Below, piece after piece: positions 27,961 to 41,302 of a DNA stretch of 64,000 nucleotides. The position numbers were made by a program, and so were the translations under genes. The notes under the pieces were generated by a model, which saw only the letters and a program-made list of their open reading frames with translations, was not told the DNA's origin and made no database searches. Numbering within the stretch: position 1 is the stretch's first letter; each line of letters begins with the position of its first letter. Source of the stretch: Chrysomallon squamiferum (Eukaryota; Animalia; Mollusca); NCBI GenBank assembly GCA_012295275.1, contig CM022665.1, positions 42,346,001-42,410,000 on the forward strand, given 5' to 3'.

Positions 27961-28299
27961 CACAGTCTGACACTGAATATGTTGTGTTACGACCATTATC
28001 TCATTCAGAATAAATACCTTTTGAAATAATAATTTATATTAAAAAAAAAAATGACATGAATTTAATGAATTTGCTTCAGAAGGTGATAATTTCTTTTAAA
28101 AATCTATTTTTGTTTAATTTTTTAGATTTTTTTAGAATTTTAAATTCTTAGCCAGGAAGTTAATTTAGCAGAAGCCTTATTAATATTCCACTAGTACAGA
28201 CACCTACACACAGACATGGTTAATAAAAGTATGTTGACACATTTACACATTTTACATGCTTTGGGAAACAAAACCTTCACATACATATTATACACTGTG

Positions 28300-28335
<36 letters not shown>

Positions 28336-28807
28336 CAATATGCAAACAACATATTAAACAACATACCAGTAAAACAGTATTTGAAATGCACAATATATAT
28401 ATATATATGTATATATAGCCTATATAATCACACTAACATAACTACAAATACATAATGTACACAAACATAACTCAAGAGCAAGACAAAGAGGAAGAAACAA
28501 AATACTCAGAAAAGTATATGAATAGAGAATCTGAGATAGAGAGAGAGTGTATTAGAAAGTGACAGAGGGGGAAAAACAACAGAAAAATAGAGAAAAAGAT
28601 AGAGATATACAGACATAAAGTTGGGGGTAGAGAGAGAGAGAGAGAGTGTTTCAGAAAGAGAACAAGACAGAGAGAGAGAACAAACAATATATATAGAGAG
28701 AGAGAGAGAGAGAACAAACAATATATATATATATAGAGAGAGAGATCAAACATATACACAGAGAGAGAGAACAAACAATATATATATATAGAGAGAGAGA
28801 GAGAGAT

Positions 28808-29269
28808 TATTTTGGAGTATCAGAGTGACAGAAAAACCAGTGACAGTAGGTTAAGTCAGAAATAAGCAGAGAGAGAGAGAGAGAACCTTTGTTTTGGAGT
28901 GTCAGAGTGACAGAAAAACCAGTGACAGTAGGTTAAGTCAGAAATAAGCAGAGAGAGAGAGAGAGAGAGAGAACCTTTGTTTTGGAGTGACAGAAAAACC
29001 AGTGACAGTAGGTTAAGTCAGAAATAAGCAGAGAGAGAGAATCTTTGTTTTGCAGTGTCAGAGTGACAGAAAAACCAGTGACAGTAGGTTAAGTCAGAAA
29101 TAAGCAGAGAGAGAGAGAGAGAATCTTTGTTTTGCAGTGTCAGAGTGACAGAAAAACCAGTGACAGTAGGTTAAGTCAGAAATAAGCAGAGAGAGAGAGA
29201 GAGAGAATCTTTGTTTTGCAGTGTCAGAGTGACAGAAAAACCAGTGAGTGACAGTAGGTTAAGTCAGAA

Positions 29270-29311
<42 letters not shown>

Positions 29312-29451
29312 CTTGTTTTGAGTGTCAGAGTGACAGAAAACCAGTGACAGTAGGTTAAGTCAGAAATAAGCAGAGAGAGAGAGAGAGAACCTTTGTTTTG
29401 GAGTGTCAGAGTGACAGAAAAACCAGTGACAGTAGGTTAAGTCAGAAATAA

Positions 29452-29484
<33 letters not shown>

Positions 29485-29721
29485 CTTTGTTTTGGAGTGT
29501 CAGAGTGACAGAAAAACCAGTGACAGTAGGTTAAGTCAGAAATAAGCAGAGAGAGAGAGAGAGAGAGAGAGAGAATCTTTGTTTTGGAGTGTCAGAGTGA
29601 CAGAAAAACCAGTGACAGTAGGTTAAGTCAGAAATAAGCAGAGAGAGAGAGAGAGAGAACCTTTGTTTTGGAGTGTCAGAGTGACAGAAAAACCAGTGAC
29701 AGTAGGTTAAGTCAGAAATAA

Positions 29722-29771
<50 letters not shown>

Positions 29772-29897
29772 TTTTGGTGTCAGAGTGACAGAAAAACCAG
29801 TGACAGTAGGTTAAGTCAGAAGAGAGAGAGAGAGAACCTTTGTTTTGGAGTGTCAGAGTGACAGAAAACCAGTGACAGTAGGTTAAGTCAGAAATAA

Positions 29898-29932
<35 letters not shown>

Positions 29933-30085
29933 CTTTGTTTTGGAGTGTCAGAGTGACAGAAAAACCAGTGACAGTAGGTTAAGTCAGAAATAAGCAGAGA
30001 GAGAGAGAGAGAGAGAGAGAGAATCTTTGTTTTGCAGTGTCAGAGTGACAGAAAAACCAGTGACAGTAGGTTAAGTCAGAAATAA

Positions 30086-30120
<35 letters not shown>

Positions 30121-30193
30121 CTTTGTTTTGCAGTGTCAGAGTGACAGAAAAACCAGTGACAGTAGGTTAAGTCAGAAATAAGCAGAGAGAGAG
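28808..30193. repeat. Composite minisatellite: 16 copies of a ~65-bp constant unit separated by variable-length (AG)n tracts
   Basis: Unit acctttgttttggagtgtcagagtgacagaaaaaccagtgacagtaggttaagtcagaaataagc. I counted 16 occurrences of ggttaagtcagaa. Confidence 0.95.
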
Positions 30194-30620
30194 CTGGGGT
30201 AAAAAAACGACATAAACTGATTTGAAGTAACGTGGTTCTGCTGACACTGTGAGCTGATTGGCCTGCAGTTCTGTGGATAAGGAATGTCAACTTTGATTAT
30301 TATTTCATCTCGCGCTGGTAATCCTTGCAGGAATGAATGAACCTCGTCCGTGCAGGTCTCCAGTGGCAGAAATATCTAGGTCAAGGGAAGAAGGTTTTAA
30401 CATTGGTGATTGTTTTGGATAACTCAGGGTAAAAGTGGCAGTGTGATGAACAACACTCCTGGGGTGGGGGGGGATGGGGGTAGATGCAGGGAGGGGGATG
30501 TTAAAGTGTAGAGTTTTTTAAAAATATTTATTGTTTTGTTTAGAATTTTGAGGTGTTTGTTGTAATGAATAAAGAAGTAATTTAAAATGTGTTGTTGTGT
30601 ACATATATGCATATCTATAT

Positions 30621-30680
<60 letters not shown>

Positions 30681-31349
30681 ATGTCCAGCAGTCCTACATG
30701 AACTAAACAAGCACAAATTAATAAATACAAGTTTTAAATACTTGAATAATGCAGTGGGTCATCATCCTGTCTTGAGTGCATCTGATTGTATCTAAAGCAA
30801 ACACTGTGTACATGTACACACACACACACAGACAGACAGACAGACACACACAGCCCATCCCAGGCTGAAGAGCTGTCCTCCCACACACATGTAATAGCTG
30901 TACAATGTCATAGATCATTATTTTTTTTTTATTTTTTTTTTTTTTTTTTTTTAACAGTCAGCATGTCCTTTTAAACAGACGTATTGCAATGTTTAAGATA
31001 TTTCTCATTCTAGGTCAAATTTAAAACTGCCACTACTACTTCTACAACTGTTACAGCTACAACAACTACTACTATTACTCCTCCTACCTCTGTTACTAAC
31101 ACTATTAGTGCTACTACTAGATCTTTTACCTACTACTGCTACTACAGCTGATAATAACAATATTTAACATGCTTTGTTTTAGTTTAACTAGGTTTTGTTT
31201 AATTAGTAATACATTCTGTTCAGTTGTCATTAAATCAAATTCATTCACTACTTTTCTTGCTGTCTGAGAAATATAAATATTTTTGATGAACACAGCTTTC
31301 ATGATAGTGAGAACCAATATGTAGCCATTAGCCTCTCTCTCTCTGTCTG

Positions 31350-31396
<47 letters not shown>

Positions 31397-33414
31397 GTCT
31401 GTCTGTCTCTTTGTCTGTCTCTCCCCAAGCCCCTTAATATAACCTAACATACATTAGTTATGGTTTAATAAGTATTTCTAAGAACAGTAATGATCTGAGA
31501 TTTCAGTGATGTTTTTTCTTTTTGTTTTTTGCCACATCAGTGTGGATTTTCTAGTTTCCTAGACAAACTAAAAGCACTTGAAGGTTAATTTTGGATTTTA
31601 TTACTACTCCAGAGAAGACTAATGGTTCATGATTTCGTCCAAGCATGATAATGAATTTTACATGTCCATTGCAGTGGCTTAGAGTTACTCCCCTTAATTT
31701 AATTTGATATGTTTTGAAAAGATTTAATCTGAAAGTGTTTGTTATTGTTAATGAATCTATAACTGTAAGATAATCAGTCTTTACTTTTTTCATTCATTTT
31801 CTTTTTATTATTTTTTTTTCCTCTTTTTTTCCCCTTCTCTCTGATAAAGAAAATAAATGAAACAAAAAGAAGAAAAGAAACGAGCATTCTATTAAAAAAA
31901 AAAATATGTAAGAAATGGCAAAAGTAAATAGTGTAACTAATACTGTTATTTATTTTATTCATTTATTTATTATTATTAATAATTATTTTATTTTATTTTT
32001 TGAAACAAGTAAAAGATTCGTAAAATTTTGTCATATGATTATTTATTGATTTAAAAATATGTATAAATAATTTTAATATCTACATTTTCATTACATTTCA
32101 TACATTAATAATTCCTACTGAAATACATGTAGGAACACACACATACACACACACAAAACACACTACTATTCATTACATTTGATATATACATTATTCTGTT
32201 TAAACATGTATAGACACATAAAAACACACATGCACATACACACATTCACACACACTCCTGTTCATTACATTACATTTCGTATATTTAAATTATGACAAAA
32301 AAACCAAACAAACAAAGCAACAAAATAATAATAATAACAAATCATGCTGTCAAAGACAATTAAATTTTTTTTAAAATAGGTAAAAGGGTTTTTTAAATCT
32401 CAGATCTTTGCGTGGAAGTCTGGAAGTGGGGATTAGAAAATAGTTTCACTCTTTGCTGGGTAAGCTGAATGTCTGGACCCTCACTGGTATTGTCACAGAA
32501 CCTCTTCAACAACCTCTCAAATCCAAAATGCATTCAAAGTCGGCCATCTTGTTTGTCCAGGGATTGACTGGAATTTCTTGGCCATGTTAAGATGCTGATG
32601 TGGAATTGCTACATTTGTTGGAGAAAATGTGTGAAAAATAAATAAACTTTGAAATAATGATAAAAAAAATCAGGTTTTTATTTTATTTATTTTTTTAAAT
32701 TTTTTTATTTTTTATGAGTAGGTAATTTGACAGAATGTGTATCTGTTGTTAACTTCCTTCATTTTTATTGTTCATTTCATTCTCTGGTGGATTTTGACTC
32801 TTTCTTTTTCCTTTGCTTTTTGGTTGTGTTTTTATTTTTTTATTTTTTTATTTTTTTTCGATTTTATCTTTCATTATTTCTTTGCTTTATTTTTATTAAT
32901 TTTGTTTTATTTTCTAAATGATTTTTTATTGTTAGATTTAAAAAAAAAAAAAATTTAAATTTTCTTTATAAAAACTTTTAAAACTAATTTAACTTTTTAT
33001 TTATTTATTTATATTTATTTTTTGTCTTGATAACTTCATTATAGCAAATTAAATCTAGAAATATCACACTTATTTTTATTTTATTTTTTTTCATTTTTGT
33101 GTAATGTATTTAATCAGGGTGTTAAAATAAAGGTGTCTGAGTTTGTACACACTGCATCTATTCAGTGAGCCTTTTAGTAAATAAATAACATTTATTAGAC
33201 GAAAAAAAGATAAGATTTTCATTTTTTACTTTTTTAATTGTCTGAAATTAATTGACCATGAGGTAGATGTATGGTAATTTATTCCATTAAGTTCAGGTGT
33301 TTATTTTTTTTATATTACGAGAATGAAAAAATGAGGGAAGAAAATAACTATTATGTGTATCTTGTATACTGTTTAGACTGTGTAACACAGCAAACATAAA
33401 GTTAATGTAGTATA

Positions 33415-33456
<42 letters not shown>

Positions 33457-34128
33457 CTCAAGTCTATATGTAGGCTTGGATACATCTATGTTCAAAACAA
33501 TTAACATTTAAAATATCAAATTCCAAATAGATACATAATATAGATTATACTTCTATAAGCAATATATAATATTTTAACTTCTATTTTTTTATAAAATACA
33601 TAATTCATATTGCGTAACTTCAACATAACTTTATTATGTTCATGTTGAAGTAAATTTTTAAACTTCTGCCTGCTAGTAACATAATCTGTGTATTTTATTG
33701 GTTAAAAACAACTAGATATAATAAATATTATACTGGCTCATCAATCATAAAGTAAACATATTCTTCTTTTTTTTCTTTTTTTAATACCACAGTAATGAAT
33801 CTATACAGTCAGTTAGCATTGCCGGCAAAAAGTGCAGTAAACAGTGAATAATTATTTTCTTCTCATAAGGATTTTGGTTATTTATGTGTTTTTTAATGAA
33901 GCACCAAGCTGAAAAATAATGTAGTAAGTAATGGAAGTAGATAATATTTGTATTGCATGGTAATAAGAGGAATGATATGTGCTTTTTGCATTGGTCTGAA
34001 TTGCTTCATTTTTTTCACTTGACAGTTAACTTGCATTTTACATGCATGCTGATGAAGTAGTAGGCATAAACATTTTAGATATGCATCTGCAAATATAGAT
34101 ATGTATGTACTGTAAATATCTATGTGTG

Positions 34129-34475
<347 letters not shown>

Positions 34476-36085
34476 TATGTACGAATAATTATATCAAACA
34501 TTTGTTTCAGATGTTAAAGTGAAGTGTATTACTAAATATAGGAAGTATAGTACATTGAAACTAGGAAGTAGGATTTCAGCAGTACTAAAAGAGAAGTCCC
34601 AGTTCTGATTTTATTTCAAGTATGTTACTAACCAAATTAAGGATGCATAAATGTAATTTCTGAAATATTTTACAACAAAGAAAAGAACAACAACAATAGT
34701 GATGATGATGATGATGATGATGATTTCAAAATTTTTATCTAAAATAAAATTGATGTGGACATATAATTACTAATTACCAAAATGTATGTGATTTTGACCA
34801 TCAACTGATTGTGTAATTTTGTATATATTATTTTATTTATATTATTTTTATTTATTTATTTATTTATTTTTATTATATTTTATTTTATTTTATTTAGTTA
34901 TTTAATTTTTTAATTTTTATTTTTTCGTTCAAATAATAATATATATTTATATATTATTCACCGCAAGACTAAATTTGACATTTAAATATGTGAAGGACTT
35001 AAGAAACATGTTTCATTAAAATATTACTAACATTAATTTTAAATATCAATTGTCTAATAAAATTACACTTAAACAATATTTTTTTAACAGTAAAATAAAT
35101 ATATTGCTAAATAAATTGAATAATAATCATTTCATTTAGCACTTACATAATAATCCTGAACGTTTAATAGTTAAAAATGGATGAATTTAGGAATCGTATT
35201 TCTGGACAACAAACCATTAAAAGTGTTAAACAGGTGTGGAAACTTACAGTTTTCATTATCACATTCATAAAACAGTGCATGTTTAATGAATCTCCAGCAC
35301 GAAACATGATTTTACATTAAGATGTAAATTTTATATTTTGTTATCAAACACATAAAATACAGATCCACATCTTGATAAACTGTGTTAAATAAAAATCATT
35401 AAACAAGCATTTGTAATAATTAAATAAGGTTTTTAAACTGTAAAATATGTGTGATGTTAATTAATGTTTTTTTTAATTATTATTTTTATTTATATGTATG
35501 CATGTGTATATATATATATATATAAGGTATTTTTCTACATTATGAAAAGGAACTATAGTTTTGTTATCAAACAGATACAATACCAGTGAACATCTTTGCA
35601 AACACATTATGATACTGATTTGATTGTAGGAATGAAAAATTTGAATATCAAATAAATGAACTGTTGATACTTTTTCCACAAAAAAACACCCAACAAACAA
35701 ATATTAAAAAAAAAAAAAAAAAAAAAAAAACAGGTCTCATTTATTTCTAATTCATTTTACATAAACTGAATTTTTACTATCTTCTCATGTTTCAATAATT
35801 ATCCTTTTTCCAACAACACTACTTGCTTCTGTTGCTAGTGAAAATTTTTTTTTTTTTTTTTTAGGGAATTTAATTTTTTTTTTTTTTTTTCTTTTTTTTT
35901 TCGAGGAAGTAATTGTGTATTTGTTTGAGCCCATTGTTTCTGTTGTCAAACACTTCGTTCCTGCAAGACAACAGTACACAGCCATGACTACTTCCTCGTC
36001 GTTACGTCAGCAACAGAGCTGCTGTTACACAAGATCAATAAGGCACATGGCTGAATGGACTCGTCCTGTTTGGCTGTGGACAGGC

Positions 36086-36147
<62 letters not shown>

Positions 36148-36329
36148 TGTGTGGCGAGAAAACTCAAAAATAAATTTGTTTGTATGTATATCTGTATGTG
36201 TGTGTGTGCTAGACATATTAGGATAAAGAAAGGATTTTATTTTGTTATTTCTATTTTTTTTGTGAAGAAAGAAACTGGATTGAATGTTTGCGTGTATTTT
36301 TTATTTCTTCGTGTGCATAGGTGTGTGAA

Positions 36330-36730
36330 CAGCGTTTAGATCCCTCCGCTGTAATCTTGCATAACGCTGCAAAGCCGATGTTGACCTTAAAGCCGCTGAG
36401 TGTCCCAAGCGTGAGTGTGATTGGCTGGGTACACGTGTATTGACCAGTCTGACAGGTCTGGCGGGCAGGCGGGCGGGCGGGCTGGTCGTGGTCTGCTGCT
36501 GCTGGCTAACTATAAATAATTGACCGCTTTTGTGCTTTAGAGGTTGTCTTTTTTTCTCTCTCTTCTCTTCTTTTTTTTTTTTTTTCTCTTTGTCCTCTGA
36601 GGACCTTAAGCCTTGTTGCCAATAACGATCAGATTGTTGATGTTGTGTTATTATGTCACATTGTGTGTAGTTGGCGGATGATAAACAAATGGTGTGGTAG
36701 ACGGAGAGGGCAGGGCGGGTTCCAGCTAAT
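36330..36730 (+). promoter_or_regulatory. Candidate intronic alternative promoter
   Basis: Ordered elements: reverse CCAAT GATTGGCT (36419-36426), palindromic E-box TACACGTGTA (36430-36439), tandem GC boxes GGGCGGGCGG (36471-36480), TATAAA (36511-36516). Confidence 0.5.
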
Positions 36731-37629
36731 TTGGTACGATGTTGTATCAACTTTTGAAATTAGACAAAATAATCCTTATAAGTATTGCACAAAGGGGGAC
36801 AACTGCTAATGACTGAATAGTGGCCCAGACAAACACTGTGCTTTGAAAAGCAAATCCATCTGTTTGCTTGTCACTGATTAGCATATTAAGTTGATGTCTC
36901 TTTTCTTCACTATTGTCTGTGATGTGGTTTTAAGTCTTTTTTCCTTGAAAATCCTTCTTTTTGCCTCCTCTGTGTTTCTGCAGTTGAGATTGAGAGTTAA
37001 ACTTGCTACTTGAACTCGTTCCTCAATTTTGTTTCTTAATTGATTTTTTACATTCTACTTTTGAAAAAAAAAAAAAAAAAAAAAAAAAATAATAATAATA
37101 ATAGTAATAATGAAATAAAACTTATTGTTGTAATTTTAGCAAGATGTTTTTACCTGCTGTTGTTAGTTCATGTCATTTCTGTCAGCCATCAGACTTTACA
37201 ACTTAATGACTAAGTCAGCAATGTCAGAGTCACATCACATTTGAAAATGACACAAGTCAGTTTTCAAACCACATCATTTTAACGACATGTACAAATCCTT
37301 GGGTTATACTTTCTGTGTGAGTTTATGGAATGTATATGTGAAATGTATATATCAAATGTGTATGTGGAATGTATATGTGGAATGCAGTGGTTTCATTTTT
37401 CAAATAATTTAATTGGAAAACTACAGTATCAGAATAGTTTCAGTGAAAATATAAAAATGCCCTTGGTATGGGAAAAGATACTGGTTTATATTAAAGCAGT
37501 TTTATTTTAATCACTTGCTTAATGATTCTCTTAACAAACCCCTTCATCAGATGTTTCTGTAAAACTGTAATGTCAAAATAGTTTCAGTGAAAATACTAAA
37601 ATAAGCAGGGTAATTTTTAATTTTTAATA

Positions 37630-37920
37630 TATGCTTATCATGGACTAATTCTGTATAGGAGAATGTTTAGAAAATAACTGTAAATGCATGTTTGTCATGG
37701 ACTTATTCTGTCCAAGAGAATGGACTTATTCTGTCCAGTTCTGTTCAAAGAATGTTTAGAAAATAATTGTTAATGTATGATTATCATGGACCAGTTCTGT
37801 TCAAAAGAACGTTTAGAAAATAATTGTTAATGTATGATTATCATGGACCAGTTCTGTTCAAAAGAACGTTTAGAAAATAATTGTTAATGTATGATTATCA
37901 TGGACCAGTTCTGTTCAAGA
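37630..37920. repeat. 57-bp tandem repeat, 3 near-identical copies plus a degenerate upstream copy
   Basis: tttagaaaataattgttaatgtatgattatcatggaccagttctgttcaa starts at 37755, 37812 and 37869. Confidence 0.9.
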
Positions 37921-38244
37921 AAATATTAGGAAGAAAATTATTAATATGTACATTTGGTGTATGAAGTGCTGTATAAAAGCATATATTATTATTATATTGA
38001 CTTTGTCCAAGAAAATATCAAATGAATAGGTTTAAATTTAATGTGCTGGGATTTTTGGAAAATACTGAAATAATGTATGTCATTGTCACTGTGACTTGCT
38101 GTTAGGTAGGCTTTGTGAAAACCATGGCTAAAACATTCACTTCAGGTGTAAAGGATTGTGGGTAATGTGTGGTGTGAGAAGTGGTTAGAGTGTCAGTTTT
38201 TTGTCTTTGCTGGCTGATTAACTGACAGACTCTGTTTGTACAGC

Positions 38245-39180
38245 ACAACCAGGTTTCTGCTGGAACCTGTCACAGTTAGTCTTCCTCAACCCACGACCAG
38301 GTTTCTGCTGGAACCTGTCACAGTTAGTCTTCCTCAACCCATGACCAGGTTTCTGCTGAAACCTGTCACAGTTAGTCTTCCTCCTCAACCCACGACCAGG
38401 TTTCTGCTGAAACCTGTCACAGTTAGTCTTCCTCAACCCCACGACCAGGTTTCTGCTGAAACCTGTCACAGTTATTGTGACCAGGTTTCTGCTGGAACCT
38501 GTCACAGTTAGTCTTCCTCAACCCACGACCAGGTTTCTGCTGGAACCTGTCACAGTTAGTCTTCCTCAACCCATGACCAGGTTTCTGCTGAAACCTGTCA
38601 CAGTTAGTCTCCTCAACCCACCACCAGGTTTCTGCTGAAACCTGTCACAGTTAGTCTTCCTGACCAGGTTTCTGCTGAAACCTGTCACAGTTAGTCTTCC
38701 TCAACCCACGACCAGGTTTCTGCTGGAACCTGTCACAGTTAGTCTTCCTCAACCCACGACCAGGTTTCTGCTGAAACCTGTCACAGTTAGTCTTCCTCAA
38801 CCCACGACCAGGTTTCTGCTGAAACCTGTCACAGTTAGTCTTCCTCAACCCACGACCAGGTTTCTGCTGAAACCTGTCACAGTTAGTCTTCCTCACCAGG
38901 TTTCTGCTGGAACCTGTCACAGTTAGTCTTCCTCAACCCACGACCAGGTTTCTGCTGGAACCTGTCACAGTTAGTCTTCCTCAACCCATGACCAGGTTTC
39001 TGCTGAAACCTGTCACAGTTAGTCTTCCTCAACCCACGACCAGGTTTCTGCTGAAACCTGTCACAGTTAGTCTTCCTCAACCCACGACCAGGTTTCTGCT
39101 GAAACCTGTCACAGTTAGTCTTCCTCAACCCACGACCAGGTTTCTGCTGGAACCTGTCACAGTTAGTCTTCCTCAACCCA
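38245..39180. repeat. 48-bp minisatellite, about 20 copies, each with an internal palindrome
   Basis: Unit acgaccaggtttctgctgaaacctgtcacagttagtcttcctcaaccc, with a few internally deleted units. Confidence 0.96.
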
Positions 39181-40205
39181 CTGTCTTTATCACGTCCACT
39201 TCACTGACCACACTGACTGGTCAGCAGCACTCAGCCACTTCATACAGTTACAGTAATTGTGATCTGGTAGAGTCCTTTCACTCACTTTATTAATAAGCAG
39301 ACGTTGAACTGAGCTGCAGGCATTTGGAAAGACAATTTTATAAAGAAAAGAAATGTGTGTGTGTATATATATATATATATATAAATACATAAACACAGGT
39401 ATTCAAATTGATACATACAAGTAGATGTCAAAAAAAAAAAAAAAAAAAAAATATATCCAAAAAAACACATTAATAATAATAATAATAATTTTTTATAACT
39501 TCAAATCCAGTAAAAGATACATTATTTATCATTTTTGATGGATATCTCTTCAGTAGAGCATTGTTTGGAATGTGATAAAACATTGACTACTAAGTAACTT
39601 TTATCAGAAATATGGCTGTTTTATCACTGACTGTAGGTACATTAGTCTAACAGATAAAAAAAACATTAGCTTAATAGAAGTAAAAAAGAAAAAACATTAG
39701 TTAATGTAAAAAGTGTATCTGTCATAAGCCACATGGTTATTATGTACATTAAATTAATGAATGCCTTTACAAAATCCACTTTACCATCACTACACATAAA
39801 TCCATATAAAACCTGGCTGCCTTACTCTCCAGTGGTCAGTCCACTGGCCTATGAAAGTAGCCAGTGGTCACTGATTGACAGGCAGTGGACAATCCCATCT
39901 CTTTCTGGCAGTCCAGCCCACTAGGCGTGAAATGGAATGACCTCTAGTGGTCAGTGTCGTGCCAAGGGCTTGTCAGGGCTCACTGGACATTGCTTTTATG
40001 ACCAAAACACACTGGCCAAAAAAATAGTAAAACATCTCTTGACCGCCAGCTTTCATGTGCTTGTGTGTTCAAGATGGCAGCCACAGCAGCACAGGAGAAC
40101 TGTCTGACAGACTGGAAGACTCGGTGACAGAAACACACACAGCCAGTAAGTTGATTTGTTCACTGCTCTAGTATGAGTGTATCAGTTATTTTAAACACAG
40201 GTTGT

Positions 40206-40249
<44 letters not shown>

Positions 40250-40313
40250 TATGTATGATATTTATGTTTATGTGTCTGTGTGTTTTTATATGAATGTATG
40301 TGGATGTATAAAG

Positions 40314-40415
<102 letters not shown>

Positions 40416-41258
40416 TTGTGTATATATCCACACACACACACTTCTTTCTGTGTATAGTTTATGTCTGTTTTGCTGTTTGTATGTTTACAATTATCTGTGT
40501 AATGCAGGTAATACATTGGTTCAGTTAATCAAGTAATTTGTAAAGTTCAGTTTTCTCTAAATATGTAAATGATTTTTATAAGTAACACGACTAAATTTGA
40601 TTTCTGAAACTCAGTGTAGGTGGGACACTTCAGTAGTGTGTAAAATATACATGGGCTTGTTCTGTCTCTGATTCCTGATGCATTGCAAGTGTAATGTAAC
40701 TACTACTGCACCTGATGATAACTTTCAGATTGTTTATCAATTATACATATTCAGTTTTATCTACCATTTTGTTATTGTCCCTCAGTGGACAATCCTGTTT
40801 TCTCTGTTAATACTCTACATCATTCAGTTTTTACATTTACAGTTTTTATATTTTATTTCTTTGTTAAGTTGTGTTCACTGTTGTAGATTTGAAAATATGA
40901 TGCTCTGGTTTGAAACAAAAAAATTATAAAAATATATAATTACAAAATATAAAAGAAGGAAATAAGAATTTAAAAAAATGAGAGAATTAAATAAATGTAA
41001 TGTGATTACCATACATTTATCATTATGCCATATTATTATTGTTATTATTATTGTTATTGTTGTTGGTGTGTTTTAAATCACATTTTTATCGAGAGTAGTA
41101 GCCAGTATGTATACAGTGATAGGAAATTAGCACATATTCTAAAGTGAAGCTTTATTTTCTTATCATGAGTGACAGAATTAGGCTTATGAACTAGGAGTGT
41201 ATACATATTTGTCTGTTTCTCTCTACATGTAATAATACACATACAGAAACATGCAAAC

Positions 41259-41302
<44 letters not shown>

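Noticed and set aside
28808-30193. CRISPR-like repeat/spacer appearance
   Set aside because: The spacers are only (AG)n of varying length, the unit is about 65 bp, there are no cas genes, and the context is an animal intron.
38218-39293. Repetitive ORFs (TTRFLLKPVTVSLPQP / RKTNCDRFQQKPGRGL) and a palindromic CRISPR-like repeat
   Set aside because: The open frames follow from a 48-bp (multiple of 3) unit and are broken by indel units. There are no unique spacers.
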